Positions 1-10,984 of a DNA stretch of 64,000 nt are shown piece after piece (the first letter of the stretch is position 1; each line of letters opens with the position of its first letter). Under the pieces are notes generated by a model that worked only from the letters and a program-made list of their open reading frames with translations, was not told the origin of the DNA and did not search any database. Location of the stretch: NCBI GenBank assembly GCA_002472405.1, contig DKRV01000032.1, positions 3,983-67,982 of the forward strand. The letters run 5' to 3'. This DNA comes from Clostridiales bacterium UBA7273. GTDB lineage: Bacteria; Bacillota; Clostridia; Oscillospirales; Oscillospiraceae. The position numbers were made by a program, and so were the translations under genes.

Positions 1-105
1 GTATACAGGCTTTACCGACTGCTGCATCGGCACATATGCCATAGCAAGCGGCGCGCAATCCGGAAGCGTTCCTTCCTTGCAGCCGCAGTTTTTGTTATCA
101 TCCAT
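1..105 (-). CDS. cotJA: spore coat-associated protein CotJA, N-terminal part (gene runs off the left edge)
   Basis: Not in the ORF track because it is truncated. A minus-strand ATG at about 103-105 is preceded by AAGGAGG. Hand translation MDDNKNCGCKEGTLPDCAPLAMAYVPMQQSVKPVY carries the CotJA-type 'PLAMAYVPxQ' core, and the frame is open to position 1. Confidence 0.6.
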   Translation of the reverse strand, partial: MDDNKNCGCKEGTLPDCAPLAMAYVPMQQSVKPVY

Positions 106-130
106 TGGTGCAGTCCTCCTTTGCAACCAC

Positions 131-159
131 ATTATATGGAGACACTGCCGGCAATGTTA
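131..159 (-). promoter_or_regulatory. candidate sigma-E-type sporulation promoter for cotJA
   Basis: The minus strand reads TAACATT-14 nt-CATATAAT, against the sigma-E consensus (G/T)(A/C)ATAxx-14-CATACAhT. It lies about 25 nt upstream of the cotJA RBS. Confidence 0.3.
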
Positions 160-161
160 AC

Positions 162-194
162 AAAAAAAGCGCACCGGGAATATACCCGGTGCAC
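162..194 (-). terminator. rho-independent terminator after ligA
   Basis: The minus strand reads GTGCACCGGG-tatatt-CCCGGTGCGC followed by TTTTTTT, beginning about 15 nt after the ligA stop. Confidence 0.7.
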
Positions 195-209
195 TGATTG
201 CTGCTTTGG

Positions 210-2839
<2,630 letters not shown>

Positions 2840-2868
2840 GAGACCACCCCATGTATTATATGCACTTT

Positions 2869-4116
2869 TCAGCTCAGCATTTCATTTACGGCCATCATAA
2901 TACCGAGCTTGCCGGATTCATATGTTATGCCGCCCTGAACATACAGAGTGTACGGCTCACGCATGGGGCCGTCTGCCGATAATTCTATGGACGAGCCCTG
3001 TACAAACGCGCCTGCCGCCATTATGACGGGCACATTGTATCCGGGCATCTGCCACGGCTCGGGCGTAACATATGAGTCTACGGGCGCGCCTGCCTGAACT
3101 CCGCGGCAGAATTTTTTCATATTCTCGCCGTTTTTGAGCGTTACCATTTGAATTATATCGTTTCTCGCCTCGTCGGGAGCCGGAGACGATTCAAACCCGA
3201 TCTTTTTCATCATGGCAGAGCAGAATGTAACCGTCTTGATTGCCTGAGTCACTATATGCGGCGCCATGAAAAAGCCCTGGAAAAGAAGCCTGTTGTTGCC
3301 GAGCGAGGCTCCGCATTCGCCGCCTATTCCGGGCGTTGTCAACCGCATAGCGGCATTTTCAACAAGATCCTTTCGGCCAACAATATATCCGCCGGTCGGC
3401 GCAAGTCCGCCGCCGGGGTTTTTGATGAGCGAACCGGCCATGATGTCCACGCCGTATTCGGTAGGTTCATGCTCACCGGTGAACTCACCGTAGCAGTTAT
3501 CAACCATAACGGTGACATTCGGTGCAACGCTTTTGACTGCACTGCATATCTCACCTATCTCCTCTGCCGATAGCGCTTTGCGGTTTTCATAGCCTCTTGA
3601 GCGCTGAATGAGCACCGCCGAGATCGAGCGGTCGGCAAGCGCGGCTTTTATGGCCTCGAGATCGGCTTCTCCGTCCTTGAGATCGACCTGCTTATAGTTA
3701 ATGCCGTAGAATTTTAGTGAGCCGTGGCAATCGCCCTCAATTCCGATGGCGTTTCTGAGCGTATCATACGGAAGCCCCGTGACGGAAAGCAGCGTATCGC
3801 CCGGCTTTAGTATTCCAAAAAGAGCTGCTGAGAGGGCGTGCGTTCCGTTTACAAATCCAATGCGCACAAGGGCTGCTTCCGTGCAGAACACCTGGGCATA
3901 TACCTTATCAAGCACTTCCCTGCCCAGATCGTCATATCCGTAGCCGGTTGTTCCGGCAAAGCAGGAGTCGGATACCTTGTTGTCCTGAAAAGCGGTCATC
4001 ACCTTGCGTGTGTTGAGCATGGCGATGCGGTCAATGCGCTCAAACTGCGGCCGGATCTCCTCTTCTGCCTGACGAGCAAGCTCGTATACTTCGGGTTTTA
4101 TATCGTTTACGTTCAT
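2869..4116 (-). CDS. PLP-dependent methionine gamma-lyase family protein (aluminium-resistance / YnbB-like)
   Basis: 415 aa. The N-terminus (ERIDRIAMLNTRKVMTAFQDNKVSDSCFAGTTGYGYDDLGRE) is typical of the aluminium-resistance protein family, with a class-I/II aminotransferase-like core. Confidence 0.75.
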   Translation of the reverse strand: MNVNDIKPEVYELARQAEEEIRPQFERIDRIAMLNTRKVMTAFQDNKVSDSCFAGTTGYGYDDLGREVLDKVYAQVFCTEAALVRIGFVNGTHALSAALFGILKPGDTLLSVTGLPYDTLRNAIGIEGDCHGSLKFYGINYKQVDLKDGEADLEAIKAALADRSISAVLIQRSRGYENRKALSAEEIGEICSAVKSVAPNVTVMVDNCYGEFTGEHEPTEYGVDIMAGSLIKNPGGGLAPTGGYIVGRKDLVENAAMRLTTPGIGGECGASLGNNRLLFQGFFMAPHIVTQAIKTVTFCSAMMKKIGFESSPAPDEARNDIIQMVTLKNGENMKKFCRGVQAGAPVDSYVTPEPWQMPGYNVPVIMAAGAFVQGSSIELSADGPMREPYTLYVQGGITYESGKLGIMMAVNEMLS

Positions 4117-4117
4117 T

Positions 4118-5494
4118 TTAAAGCTCCATAACTATCTGTTTAAAGTATTTCCCGCGCTCCATAAAGTTTTTGAACTTATCAAAAGCGGCACATGCCGGCG
4201 AGAGCAGGACTATATCTCCGTCACGTGCAGAATTAGCAGCTGCAAGAACGGTGTCTTTAAAATTATCAATTTTTTCGATCGGCAAGCTTCCGTCAAAATA
4301 CTTTGACTTTGTGACGGCATCATAGATCTTTTCGGTCGTAGCACCGGTGAGATACAGCTTTTTAACATGCAGGCATATCTCGTCGCCAAGCTCGTCAAAA
4401 GGTATATGCTTATCATATCCTCCGGCTATGAGTATCGGCTTTTGCTTGAGTGCGTGAAGTCCTGCCGCGGTGCGTGTGGGGCTTGTTCCGATGGAGTCGT
4501 TTATAAAAGTAACTCCGTTGAGTACCCTCACCTGCTCGAGGCGGTGCTCGACGCCGGAAAAGCTCTTTGCTACGGATATGCAGGTGTCATCGTCAACATA
4601 TCCGTCCGTCGCGGCAAAAGCAGCCATATAGTTTTCAAGATTATGCGTTCCAGGCAGCTTAATATCGTCGGCAGCCATGAGCTTCTGAGATGACCCATCA
4701 TGAACGCGGTAGATATAGCCATCAGTGCAGTAAACGCCGCTATCCGGCTTCATTGCGCGGCTGAAATATGAGATGCTCGACTTTGCCTTACCGGCATAGT
4801 AAGCGGAAAACTCGTTCTCATGATTGAGAACAAGGCGGTCATGCTCGTCCTGATATGCAAATATCGAGCTTTTTGCATCAATATAGTCCTGATAATCCTT
4901 GTGCTTATCGAGATGGTTAGGAGATATGTTAGTAATAACGGCAACATCAGGCTTGCACACCATGCTGTGTAGCTGAAACGAGCTGAGCTCAAGAACGGCA
5001 ACATCGGTTTCGTTCATGTTGTCAACATCGCAAAGCAGCGGCCTGCCTATATTGCCGCCGAGGTGTACAGTGTAGCCCTGAGCCTTTAACAGCTCGGATA
5101 TTATTGTTGTCGTTGTTGTTTTTCCGTCGCTGCCGCTCACGGCAAAAATTTTGCACGGACAGAGCTTCATGAAAAGCTCCATCTCTGATGTCAGCTCAGC
5201 TCCGCGCTCAACGGCTTTTTTAAGATGCCCGTCAAACGGCATAAGCCCCGGAGTACGGAAGATAATGTCGAAGTCAAGATGCTCAAGATAATCCTCGCCG
5301 AGATAAAACTTTGCGCCGAGCTTTGAGAGCTCCGTGTGCTCCTGCCCCAGCTGCTCGGCAGTGCGCTTATCGCAGGCCGTCACATCGCAGCCCGAAGCAA
5401 GAAGCTTCTTTATAAGCGGTGTGTTGCTAACACCGATACCGATAACGCAAATGCGCTTATGTTTTATGCTGTCTATATATTCATTTAAAGTCAT
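4118..5494 (-). CDS. murD: UDP-N-acetylmuramoyl-L-alanine--D-glutamate ligase MurD
   Basis: 458 aa with an N-terminal Rossmann (VIGIGVSN) and the Mur ligase P-loop GSDGKTTTTT. The C-terminal domain fits the Mur ligase length and order. Confidence 0.9.
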   Translation of the reverse strand: MTLNEYIDSIKHKRICVIGIGVSNTPLIKKLLASGCDVTACDKRTAEQLGQEHTELSKLGAKFYLGEDYLEHLDFDIIFRTPGLMPFDGHLKKAVERGAELTSEMELFMKLCPCKIFAVSGSDGKTTTTTIISELLKAQGYTVHLGGNIGRPLLCDVDNMNETDVAVLELSSFQLHSMVCKPDVAVITNISPNHLDKHKDYQDYIDAKSSIFAYQDEHDRLVLNHENEFSAYYAGKAKSSISYFSRAMKPDSGVYCTDGYIYRVHDGSSQKLMAADDIKLPGTHNLENYMAAFAATDGYVDDDTCISVAKSFSGVEHRLEQVRVLNGVTFINDSIGTSPTRTAAGLHALKQKPILIAGGYDKHIPFDELGDEICLHVKKLYLTGATTEKIYDAVTKSKYFDGSLPIEKIDNFKDTVLAAANSARDGDIVLLSPACAAFDKFKNFMERGKYFKQIVMEL

Positions 5495-5520
5495 GCTTAT
5501 AGCCTCCTATTAACCAATAT

Positions 5521-5549
5521 ATTATACGGCGGCAAACGTTTAAAGACAA
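5521..5549 (-). promoter_or_regulatory. candidate sigma-A promoter for murD operon
   Basis: The minus strand reads TTGTCT-17 nt-TATAAT, about 25 nt upstream of the murD GGAGG/ATG. It sits back-to-back with the rnpB promoter. Confidence 0.55.
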
Positions 5550-5559
5550 GAATTTTCTA

Positions 5560-5588
5560 TTGACGAAAGCGTGAATAATGGGTAAAAT
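5560..5588 (+). promoter_or_regulatory. candidate sigma-A promoter for rnpB
   Basis: The plus strand reads TTGACG-17 nt-TAAAAT, ending about 7 nt before the predicted 5' end of RNase P RNA. Confidence 0.6.
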
Positions 5589-5594
5589 AATCAA

Positions 5595-5937
5595 ATGAGT
5601 GGGCCGAACGACCGCGGGTGCATTCCGAAAGGAAGTACATGAGGAAAGTCCGGGCTCCATAGGGCAAGGATAGCGGGTAACGCCCGCCAGGGGTGACCCT
5701 CGGACAAGTGCAACAGAAATATACCGCCGAGCAATCGGTAAGGGTGGAAAAGTGAGGTAAGAGCTCACTCGTCGCATGGAGACATGTTGATGCTGTAAAC
5801 TCTATCCGGAGCAACGCCGTGGGAGGACATGCGATTGGCCCGATCGTCCTCGGGAGGCGGCTTGAGCCTGCCGGCAACGGCAGGATTAGATAGATGGTCG
5901 TTTAAGACAGAACCCGGCTTACAGACTCGCTCAATAT
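5595..5937 (+). ncRNA. rnpB: RNase P RNA, bacterial class A
   Basis: The plus strand contains the universally conserved GAGGAAAGTCCGGGCTCCATAGGGCA (P4 5' half) and ACAGAACCCGGCTTAC (P4 3' half). The 5' TGAG and 3' CTCA can close P1. The small ORFs 5481..5980 overlapping it are rejected. Confidence 0.9.
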
Positions 5938-5941
5938 ACGG

Positions 5942-5969
5942 AAAAAACCGCCGTGTCAGGCGGTTTTTT
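5942..5969. terminator. bidirectional rho-independent terminator (rnpB / ArsC-like gene)
   Basis: AAAAAACCGCC-gtgtca-GGCGGTTTTTT, with A-run and T-run flanks. It sits between the convergent rnpB (+) and the 5971..6303 gene (-). Confidence 0.7.
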
Positions 5970-5970
5970 C

Positions 5971-6303
5971 TTATTCCCATTTAGCCCAGATATCCGGCGC
6001 GTAGCCGACGGTCGCCTGCTTGCCGTTGCGGACGACCGGTGTTTTAATAAGCCATGGGCATTCAAAGAGCTTTTCAAGCTTTGCGTCATTTGACGCAAGG
6101 TATTGAATAAGCGGATAGTCAACGTCGTTTTCATTGATCATATTATCAAGACCGACGGCATTTTTCACAGAGTTCAGCTCTCCCCTGCTCATGCCGAATT
6201 TCATGATATCAACGAACTGATATTTTATTCTGCGCTCTTTAAAATAACGCTCGGCCTTTTTTGTGTCAAAGCATTTGCTTTTGCCGAAGATTTGAATATT
6301 CAC
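5971..6303 (-). CDS. ArsC/Spx/MgsR-family (glutaredoxin-fold) protein
   Basis: 110 aa beginning MNIQIFGKSKCFDTKKAERYFKERRIKYQFVD and containing LIKTPVVRNG, typical of the ArsC/Spx/YffB family. The GTG start overlaps the upstream stop (GTGA). Confidence 0.75.
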   Translation of the reverse strand: MNIQIFGKSKCFDTKKAERYFKERRIKYQFVDIMKFGMSRGELNSVKNAVGLDNMINENDVDYPLIQYLASNDAKLEKLFECPWLIKTPVVRNGKQATVGYAPDIWAKWE

Positions 6304-7208
6304 AGCGCCTTCTCCATAACTTTAAGAATATTATTCCTGAAAATATCACAAACAAGCTGCTCGGAATAGTTGTGCCTGAGCAGCGTTTCGTATATTCTGC
6401 CAAGATCCTGAACGCCGCTTATGCCGCGCGGCATTTCTTCAATACCGTCAAGGTCACAGCCGAGGAAAACAGATTTTTCCCCACCAAGGGACATAAAGTG
6501 CTCAATATGCGCAAAAACAGCGTCAATATTGCGTCCGAGGCCGAGAAATTTGGGATAGAGGTTTATTCCGGCTCCGCCGCCCTGACGAACCAATGCCAAA
6601 AACTGCTCATCGCTGAGATTGCGAGGAACGTTGCAGACTGCTTTTGAGTTTGAGTGTCCGGCAATAACGGGGCGCGTGCTTATCTCGAGCGTATCCCAGA
6701 ATCCGCGTTCGGATATATGAGACATATCGAGCATTATCCCAAGCTCCTGCGCTCGCATAACAAACTGCCGGCCTTTATTCGTAAGCCCGGTACCGCCGTC
6801 CATGGCAGCGCCGCAGAGCAAATTGTCGTGATTCCATGTTAGGTGTGCTATTCGCACGCCGCGAGCATATGCGGAGTCTATATCCTCTATTTGCTCTGCA
6901 CCTTCAATAGATAGCACAGCCGCGATCTTCCCCTCATTCTCCGTCGCGACTATATCCTGAAAATTCAGACATAGCTTTGCCATGTCTGAATTTTCTTCTA
7001 TCTGGCGCAGGAAAAACGCAATCGACCTGTCTGCAAAGGCGACGGGATCAGGATCGTCAACAGCGCAGATCGCGAATACCTGACCAGAAGGAGCGTATGC
7101 TGCGAGCCGTTCAAGATCAAGATGCATTTTATTGCGGCGCAATATCTCGCCCTTTTCAAGTGCGTGCGTAGCTGTATCGCAGTGACAATCAAAAAGCGGA
7201 ATGCTCAT
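6300..7208 (-). CDS. membrane dipeptidase (peptidase M19 family)
   Basis: 302 aa with the N-terminal FDCHCDT metal site plus HLTWNHDN, LDMSHIS and AGHSN motifs of renal-dipeptidase-type M19 enzymes. Confidence 0.85.
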   Translation of the reverse strand: MSIPLFDCHCDTATHALEKGEILRRNKMHLDLERLAAYAPSGQVFAICAVDDPDPVAFADRSIAFFLRQIEENSDMAKLCLNFQDIVATENEGKIAAVLSIEGAEQIEDIDSAYARGVRIAHLTWNHDNLLCGAAMDGGTGLTNKGRQFVMRAQELGIMLDMSHISERGFWDTLEISTRPVIAGHSNSKAVCNVPRNLSDEQFLALVRQGGGAGINLYPKFLGLGRNIDAVFAHIEHFMSLGGEKSVFLGCDLDGIEEMPRGISGVQDLGRIYETLLRHNYSEQLVCDIFRNNILKVMEKAL

Positions 7209-8866
7209 TATACCTCGGAAATAAGCGGCAGAATCATGGGACTGCGCTTGGTCGTCTTATACAGATAAGATGAAACATTGCTCTTTATCCGGCTTTTTAT
7301 TGCAGACCAATCTTTAACTCCGCTCCCTTCACATGCAAGAACGGTTTCCTTTGTAACGCGCTTGAGCTCCTCAAGCATATCTTCGGCTTCCTTAACGTAA
7401 ACAAAGCCGCGCGTGAGTATCTCAGGATCGGACAGCATTGCATTATCCCAGGAGGAAAGCGTGACAACGATGACGACCATGCCGTCCTCGGCAAGTCTGT
7501 GCCTGTCGCGCATTACGACGCTGCCGACGTCGCCAACACCCATACCGTCAACCATAACAGCACCGGACTGGACCGAGCCGTTGAGCTTAACGCTTTTCTT
7601 TGAAATTTCAATTATCTTGCCGTTTTCGGCAATGACAACATTTTTCGGATCAACGCCCATAATGCGTCCAAGCTCGGCATGCTTTACGAGCATGCGGTAT
7701 TCGCCGTGAACGGGGATGAAAAACTTCGGGCGAACCAGCGCCAGCATCATCTTCTGCTCCTCCTGAGAGGCGTGACCGGAAACGTGAAGCGCGGTGTTGC
7801 GGTCATAAATGACCTCGGCACCCTTGTGGAACAGCTCGTCGATAACCTTGCTGATCATGTTTTCATTGCCAGGAATTGCGGATGCGGATATTATGACTCT
7901 GTCACCGGGGGCAATGTTTATCTGCCTGTGCTCCGAAAACGCCATGCGATACAGAGCGGACATGGTCTCGCCCTGCGAGCCGGTCGAAATTATTACGACC
8001 TTATCCTTGGGCAGCTTATTGATCTGAGCAAGGTCAACAAGCACGTTTTCCGGCGCGTTGAGATATCCCAAAACTGTTGCGACACGAAGAATGTTTTCCA
8101 TACTGCGCCCGGTGATCGCAACCTTGCGCTTATATTTTGCGGCAACGTCGATTATTTGCTGCAATCTGTGAACATTAGACGCAAATGTCGTTATGATAAT
8201 ACGCTGATCGCAGTTTTTAAACAGCTTATCGAAAGTTTCGCCGACCTTGCGCTCGGATGCGGACAGACCCGGCTTTTCCACGTTTGTAGAGTCGCTAAGC
8301 AGTGCGAGTACACCCTCGTTTCCAAGCTGGCCGAAGCGTGGCAGATCGATAACCTTGCCCTGAACCGGCGTAAGGTCTATCTTAAAGTCGCCTGTGTGCA
8401 CGATCGTTCCGATAGGCGTTTTTATCGCAAGAGCAACAGCGTCTGCAATGCTGTGGTTAACTGCAATAAACTCAACGCTGAAGCAGCCAAGGCGGAATAT
8501 ATCGCCGGCTTTTTTGGTGAATATCTGCGTATTGTACAGCAGATCGTGCTCTTCGAGCTTGAGCTCAATAAGCGCCGCAGTGAGCGGAGTCGCGTATATG
8601 GGAACGTTCAGGTCATGAATAACGTAAGGCACTGCGCCGATGTGATCCTCGTGCCCGTGGGTTATAACAATGCCGCGCACCTTTTCGGCGTTGGCTTTGA
8701 GATAAGAAATGTCGGGAATAACAATATCAATGCCGTACATATCCTCGTCCGGGAAGCCGAGTCCGCAGTCAACAACGATTATATCCGTGCCAAATTCAAT
8801 GGCTGTCATATTCTTGCCGATCTCTCCGAGACCGCCAAGGGGAATGATTTTAAGCTTATGAGTCAT
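7208..8866 (-). CDS. rnj: ribonuclease J
   Basis: 552 aa with the metallo-beta-lactamase motif HGHEDHIGA, a beta-CASP core and an RNase J C-terminal domain. Confidence 0.92.
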   Translation of the reverse strand: MTHKLKIIPLGGLGEIGKNMTAIEFGTDIIVVDCGLGFPDEDMYGIDIVIPDISYLKANAEKVRGIVITHGHEDHIGAVPYVIHDLNVPIYATPLTAALIELKLEEHDLLYNTQIFTKKAGDIFRLGCFSVEFIAVNHSIADAVALAIKTPIGTIVHTGDFKIDLTPVQGKVIDLPRFGQLGNEGVLALLSDSTNVEKPGLSASERKVGETFDKLFKNCDQRIIITTFASNVHRLQQIIDVAAKYKRKVAITGRSMENILRVATVLGYLNAPENVLVDLAQINKLPKDKVVIISTGSQGETMSALYRMAFSEHRQINIAPGDRVIISASAIPGNENMISKVIDELFHKGAEVIYDRNTALHVSGHASQEEQKMMLALVRPKFFIPVHGEYRMLVKHAELGRIMGVDPKNVVIAENGKIIEISKKSVKLNGSVQSGAVMVDGMGVGDVGSVVMRDRHRLAEDGMVVIVVTLSSWDNAMLSDPEILTRGFVYVKEAEDMLEELKRVTKETVLACEGSGVKDWSAIKSRIKSNVSSYLYKTTKRSPMILPLISEV

Positions 8867-9018
8867 ATATTAACCTCCATTTGAGTGATAATTTCCGAAA
8901 ACGCAAAGTAAAGGGACCCTCACGACAACTGCCCCGATACGCAGCGTGCCGTGAAGCTTTCCCCCTCTAATATTCGGTATGTAGTAATTTTTATCGTACA
9001 GGAATTATAACCTGTTTA

Positions 9019-9624
9019 TCACATTTCAATTCTGCCTTCGAGAGCGCGAAGAAGTGTAGCATCATCGGCAAACTCAAGGTTTGACCCGACAGGAATGCCG
9101 TATGCAAGACGTGTCACCTTAACGTCAAAGGGCTTTAAGAGTCTTGATATATACATGGCAGTAGCCTCACCCTCAGTATCCGGGTTTGTTGCCATGATGA
9201 TCTCTTTGATCTCACTGTCGTCGGCAGCAACGCGATGTATAAGCTCGCTTATGCGAATGTCGTCGGGACCGACATGACTTATGGGCGAAAGAACACCGTG
9301 CAGAACATGATACACACCATTATACTCATGGCTGCGCTCGATTGACAATACGTCGCGAGGCTCGGAAACAACGCATACGATGCTTTTATCGCGCTTGGTG
9401 CTTGCACAAACCGAACACACCTCACCCTCGGTGAGGTTCTGGCATATTTTGCAGCAGCATACGTTCTTCCTCGCTTCCAAAATTGCGTTCGCAAAGCTTT
9501 CGCCCTCGCCCTCCGGCAGTGAAAGAACGTGGAACGCAAGTCTCTGTGCGCTTTTGCGGCCGATACCGGGGAGAGATGCAAATTTATCTATCAGGTTTTC
9601 AAGTGAAGCAGGGAAAAACGGCAT
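9019..9624 (-). CDS. recR: recombination protein RecR
   Basis: 201 aa with an HhH (LPGIGRKSAQRLAFH), a C4 zinc finger (CKICQNL...CSVC) and a Toprim domain. Confidence 0.95.
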   Translation of the reverse strand: MPFFPASLENLIDKFASLPGIGRKSAQRLAFHVLSLPEGEGESFANAILEARKNVCCCKICQNLTEGEVCSVCASTKRDKSIVCVVSEPRDVLSIERSHEYNGVYHVLHGVLSPISHVGPDDIRISELIHRVAADDSEIKEIIMATNPDTEGEATAMYISRLLKPFDVKVTRLAYGIPVGSNLEFADDATLLRALEGRIEM

Positions 9625-9646
9625 TTATATTATCTCCAATAAGTGT

Positions 9647-10300
9647 TTATGCGTTTCTAATCGCATCAATTTGTGCTTTCCTGTCCGGCTTTCCGAAAAC
9701 GGCGCTTCCGGCAACAAGAACGGTGGCTCCGGCATCTTTCACGAGCTTTGCCGTTACAGGATCAACGCCGCCGTCAACCTCCAGCTCGCAGGCAAGACCT
9801 CTTTTGTCGATCTCGTGCCTGAGTTCGGCTATCTTAGGCAGCTGACCGTGCATAAAGCTCTGGCCGCCGAAGCCGGGCTCTACCGTCATGACCAGAGCCA
9901 TGTCGAGGCGATCTATAAACGGGTACAGTACGCTTGCAGGAGTCCTCGGCTTGAGCGCAAGGCCGACCTTCTTCCCGTTTTCCTTAACGATATCAATAGC
10001 GTCCGATATGTTCTGATAAGAGTCCGCCTCGACATGGAACATAACAAGATCGGCACCGGCATCGCAAAATGCTTTTGCGTATCTAACGGGCTTATCGATC
10101 ATCAGGTGAACATCAAGGAACATCTCGGTCATTTTCCGCACAGACTTCAAAACGGGAATGCCGATCGAGATATTGGGAACGAAAAATCCGTCCATAACGT
10201 CAAAATGAACATATTCCGCACCGGCAGAACGTATATCTTCAATCTCGGCGCCGAGTTTCGTAAAATCGGCAGAGAGGATCGAGGGAGCTATCTTAATCAT
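9647..10300 (-). CDS. rpe: ribulose-phosphate 3-epimerase
   Basis: 217 aa beginning MIKIAPSILSADF, with HFDVMDG, MTVEPGFGGQ and VDGG motifs. Confidence 0.95.
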   Translation of the reverse strand: MIKIAPSILSADFTKLGAEIEDIRSAGAEYVHFDVMDGFFVPNISIGIPVLKSVRKMTEMFLDVHLMIDKPVRYAKAFCDAGADLVMFHVEADSYQNISDAIDIVKENGKKVGLALKPRTPASVLYPFIDRLDMALVMTVEPGFGGQSFMHGQLPKIAELRHEIDKRGLACELEVDGGVDPVTAKLVKDAGATVLVAGSAVFGKPDRKAQIDAIRNA

Positions 10301-10414
10301 ATCAATAACCTCGGAAAAGCAGGCGGCATAAAATGTTGCAGCGGTAAAGTGCGCACAGCCGCTTTTATATAGGGGGGGCGCTGCGGCGCCCCCGGTCTGC
10401 GCACAATTATAAAC

Positions 10415-10443
10415 ATTATACAGCAGTTTTGTATGAATTACAA
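10415..10443 (-). promoter_or_regulatory. candidate sigma-A promoter for rpe-recR
   Basis: The minus strand reads TTGTAA-17 nt-TATAAT, about 110 nt upstream of the rpe ATG and just downstream of the ybaK-like terminator. Confidence 0.45.
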
Positions 10444-10454
10444 GAGTTACAAAG

Positions 10455-10493
10455 TAAAATAGCAGAGGGAAACCGTGATTTCCTTCTGCTATT
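10455..10493 (-). terminator. rho-independent terminator ending the T-box/tyrS operon
   Basis: The minus strand reads TAGCAGAAGGAAA-tcacgg-TTTCCCTCTGCTA followed by TTTT, starting about 10 nt after the ybaK-like stop. Confidence 0.65.
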
Positions 10494-10502
10494 AATTATT
10501 TG

Positions 10503-10973
10503 TTATTCGGGGAGCTTACAGACATCGATCCACTCGATGGCATTTGAGTATTTATACAGCTCATCAAGATTAAGCTCAATTGCGCTGTTTGCGCTTCCGA
10601 CCGCCGGGAACACGGTTTCAAAGCGCTTGAGGCTTTCGTCAAGATAAACGTCGATACCGTCGTTTATGCCGAAAGGACACACTCCGCCGACGGGATGACC
10701 GACGATGCTCAGCACCTCATCGGGTGCAAGCATTTTGGCCTTCATGTGGAATTTTTCCTTGAACTTGTGGTTGTCGATCCTTGCGTCGCCTGCTGCGAGG
10801 ATCAGGATACAGCTATCATCCTTTTTGAAAGAGAGGGTTTTGGCTATCCGCGCGCCGTCAACGCCGAGTGCGAGGGCTGCAAGCTCGACCGTTGCGCTCG
10901 AAACGTCAAATTCGCGCACTCTGTCTTCCATACCGAACTGTCTGAAATATGCTCTGCCTTTTTCTATGGACAT
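10503..10973 (-). CDS. YbaK/EbsC-family aminoacyl-tRNA trans-editing deacylase
   Basis: 156 aa. It has the YbaK/ProRS-associated editing-domain pattern (AKTLSFKKDD...ILILAAGDARID..K...GHPVGGVCPFG). Confidence 0.8.
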   Translation of the reverse strand: MSIEKGRAYFRQFGMEDRVREFDVSSATVELAALALGVDGARIAKTLSFKKDDSCILILAAGDARIDNHKFKEKFHMKAKMLAPDEVLSIVGHPVGGVCPFGINDGIDVYLDESLKRFETVFPAVGSANSAIELNLDELYKYSNAIEWIDVCKLPE

Positions 10974-10984
10974 GCCGATTCACC

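Noticed and set aside
5481-5980. Four minus-strand ORFs of 71-106 aa (5481..5777, 5557..5877, 5765..5980, 5931..6134).
   Set aside because: They overlap the RNase P RNA gene and its terminator. The region is explained by rnpB, which carries the conserved P4 sequences on the plus strand.
7679-8884. A 401-aa plus-strand ORF antisense to rnj. Similar long antisense frames occur at 9380..10372, 55769..56884 and 58979..60028.
   Set aside because: All lie opposite strongly supported genes (rnj, recR/rpe, lon, clpX/clpP), and some span two genes and the intergenic region between them. None has a motif or RBS. They are treated as shadow ORFs.
10374-10393. A perfect GC hairpin, GGGGGCGC-N4-GCGCCCCC, considered as a terminator for the tyrS operon.
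   Set aside because: No U-tract follows it on the minus strand. A proper terminator already exists at about 10455-10493, and the hairpin lies downstream of the candidate rpe promoter. It is kept only as a leader-structure observation.
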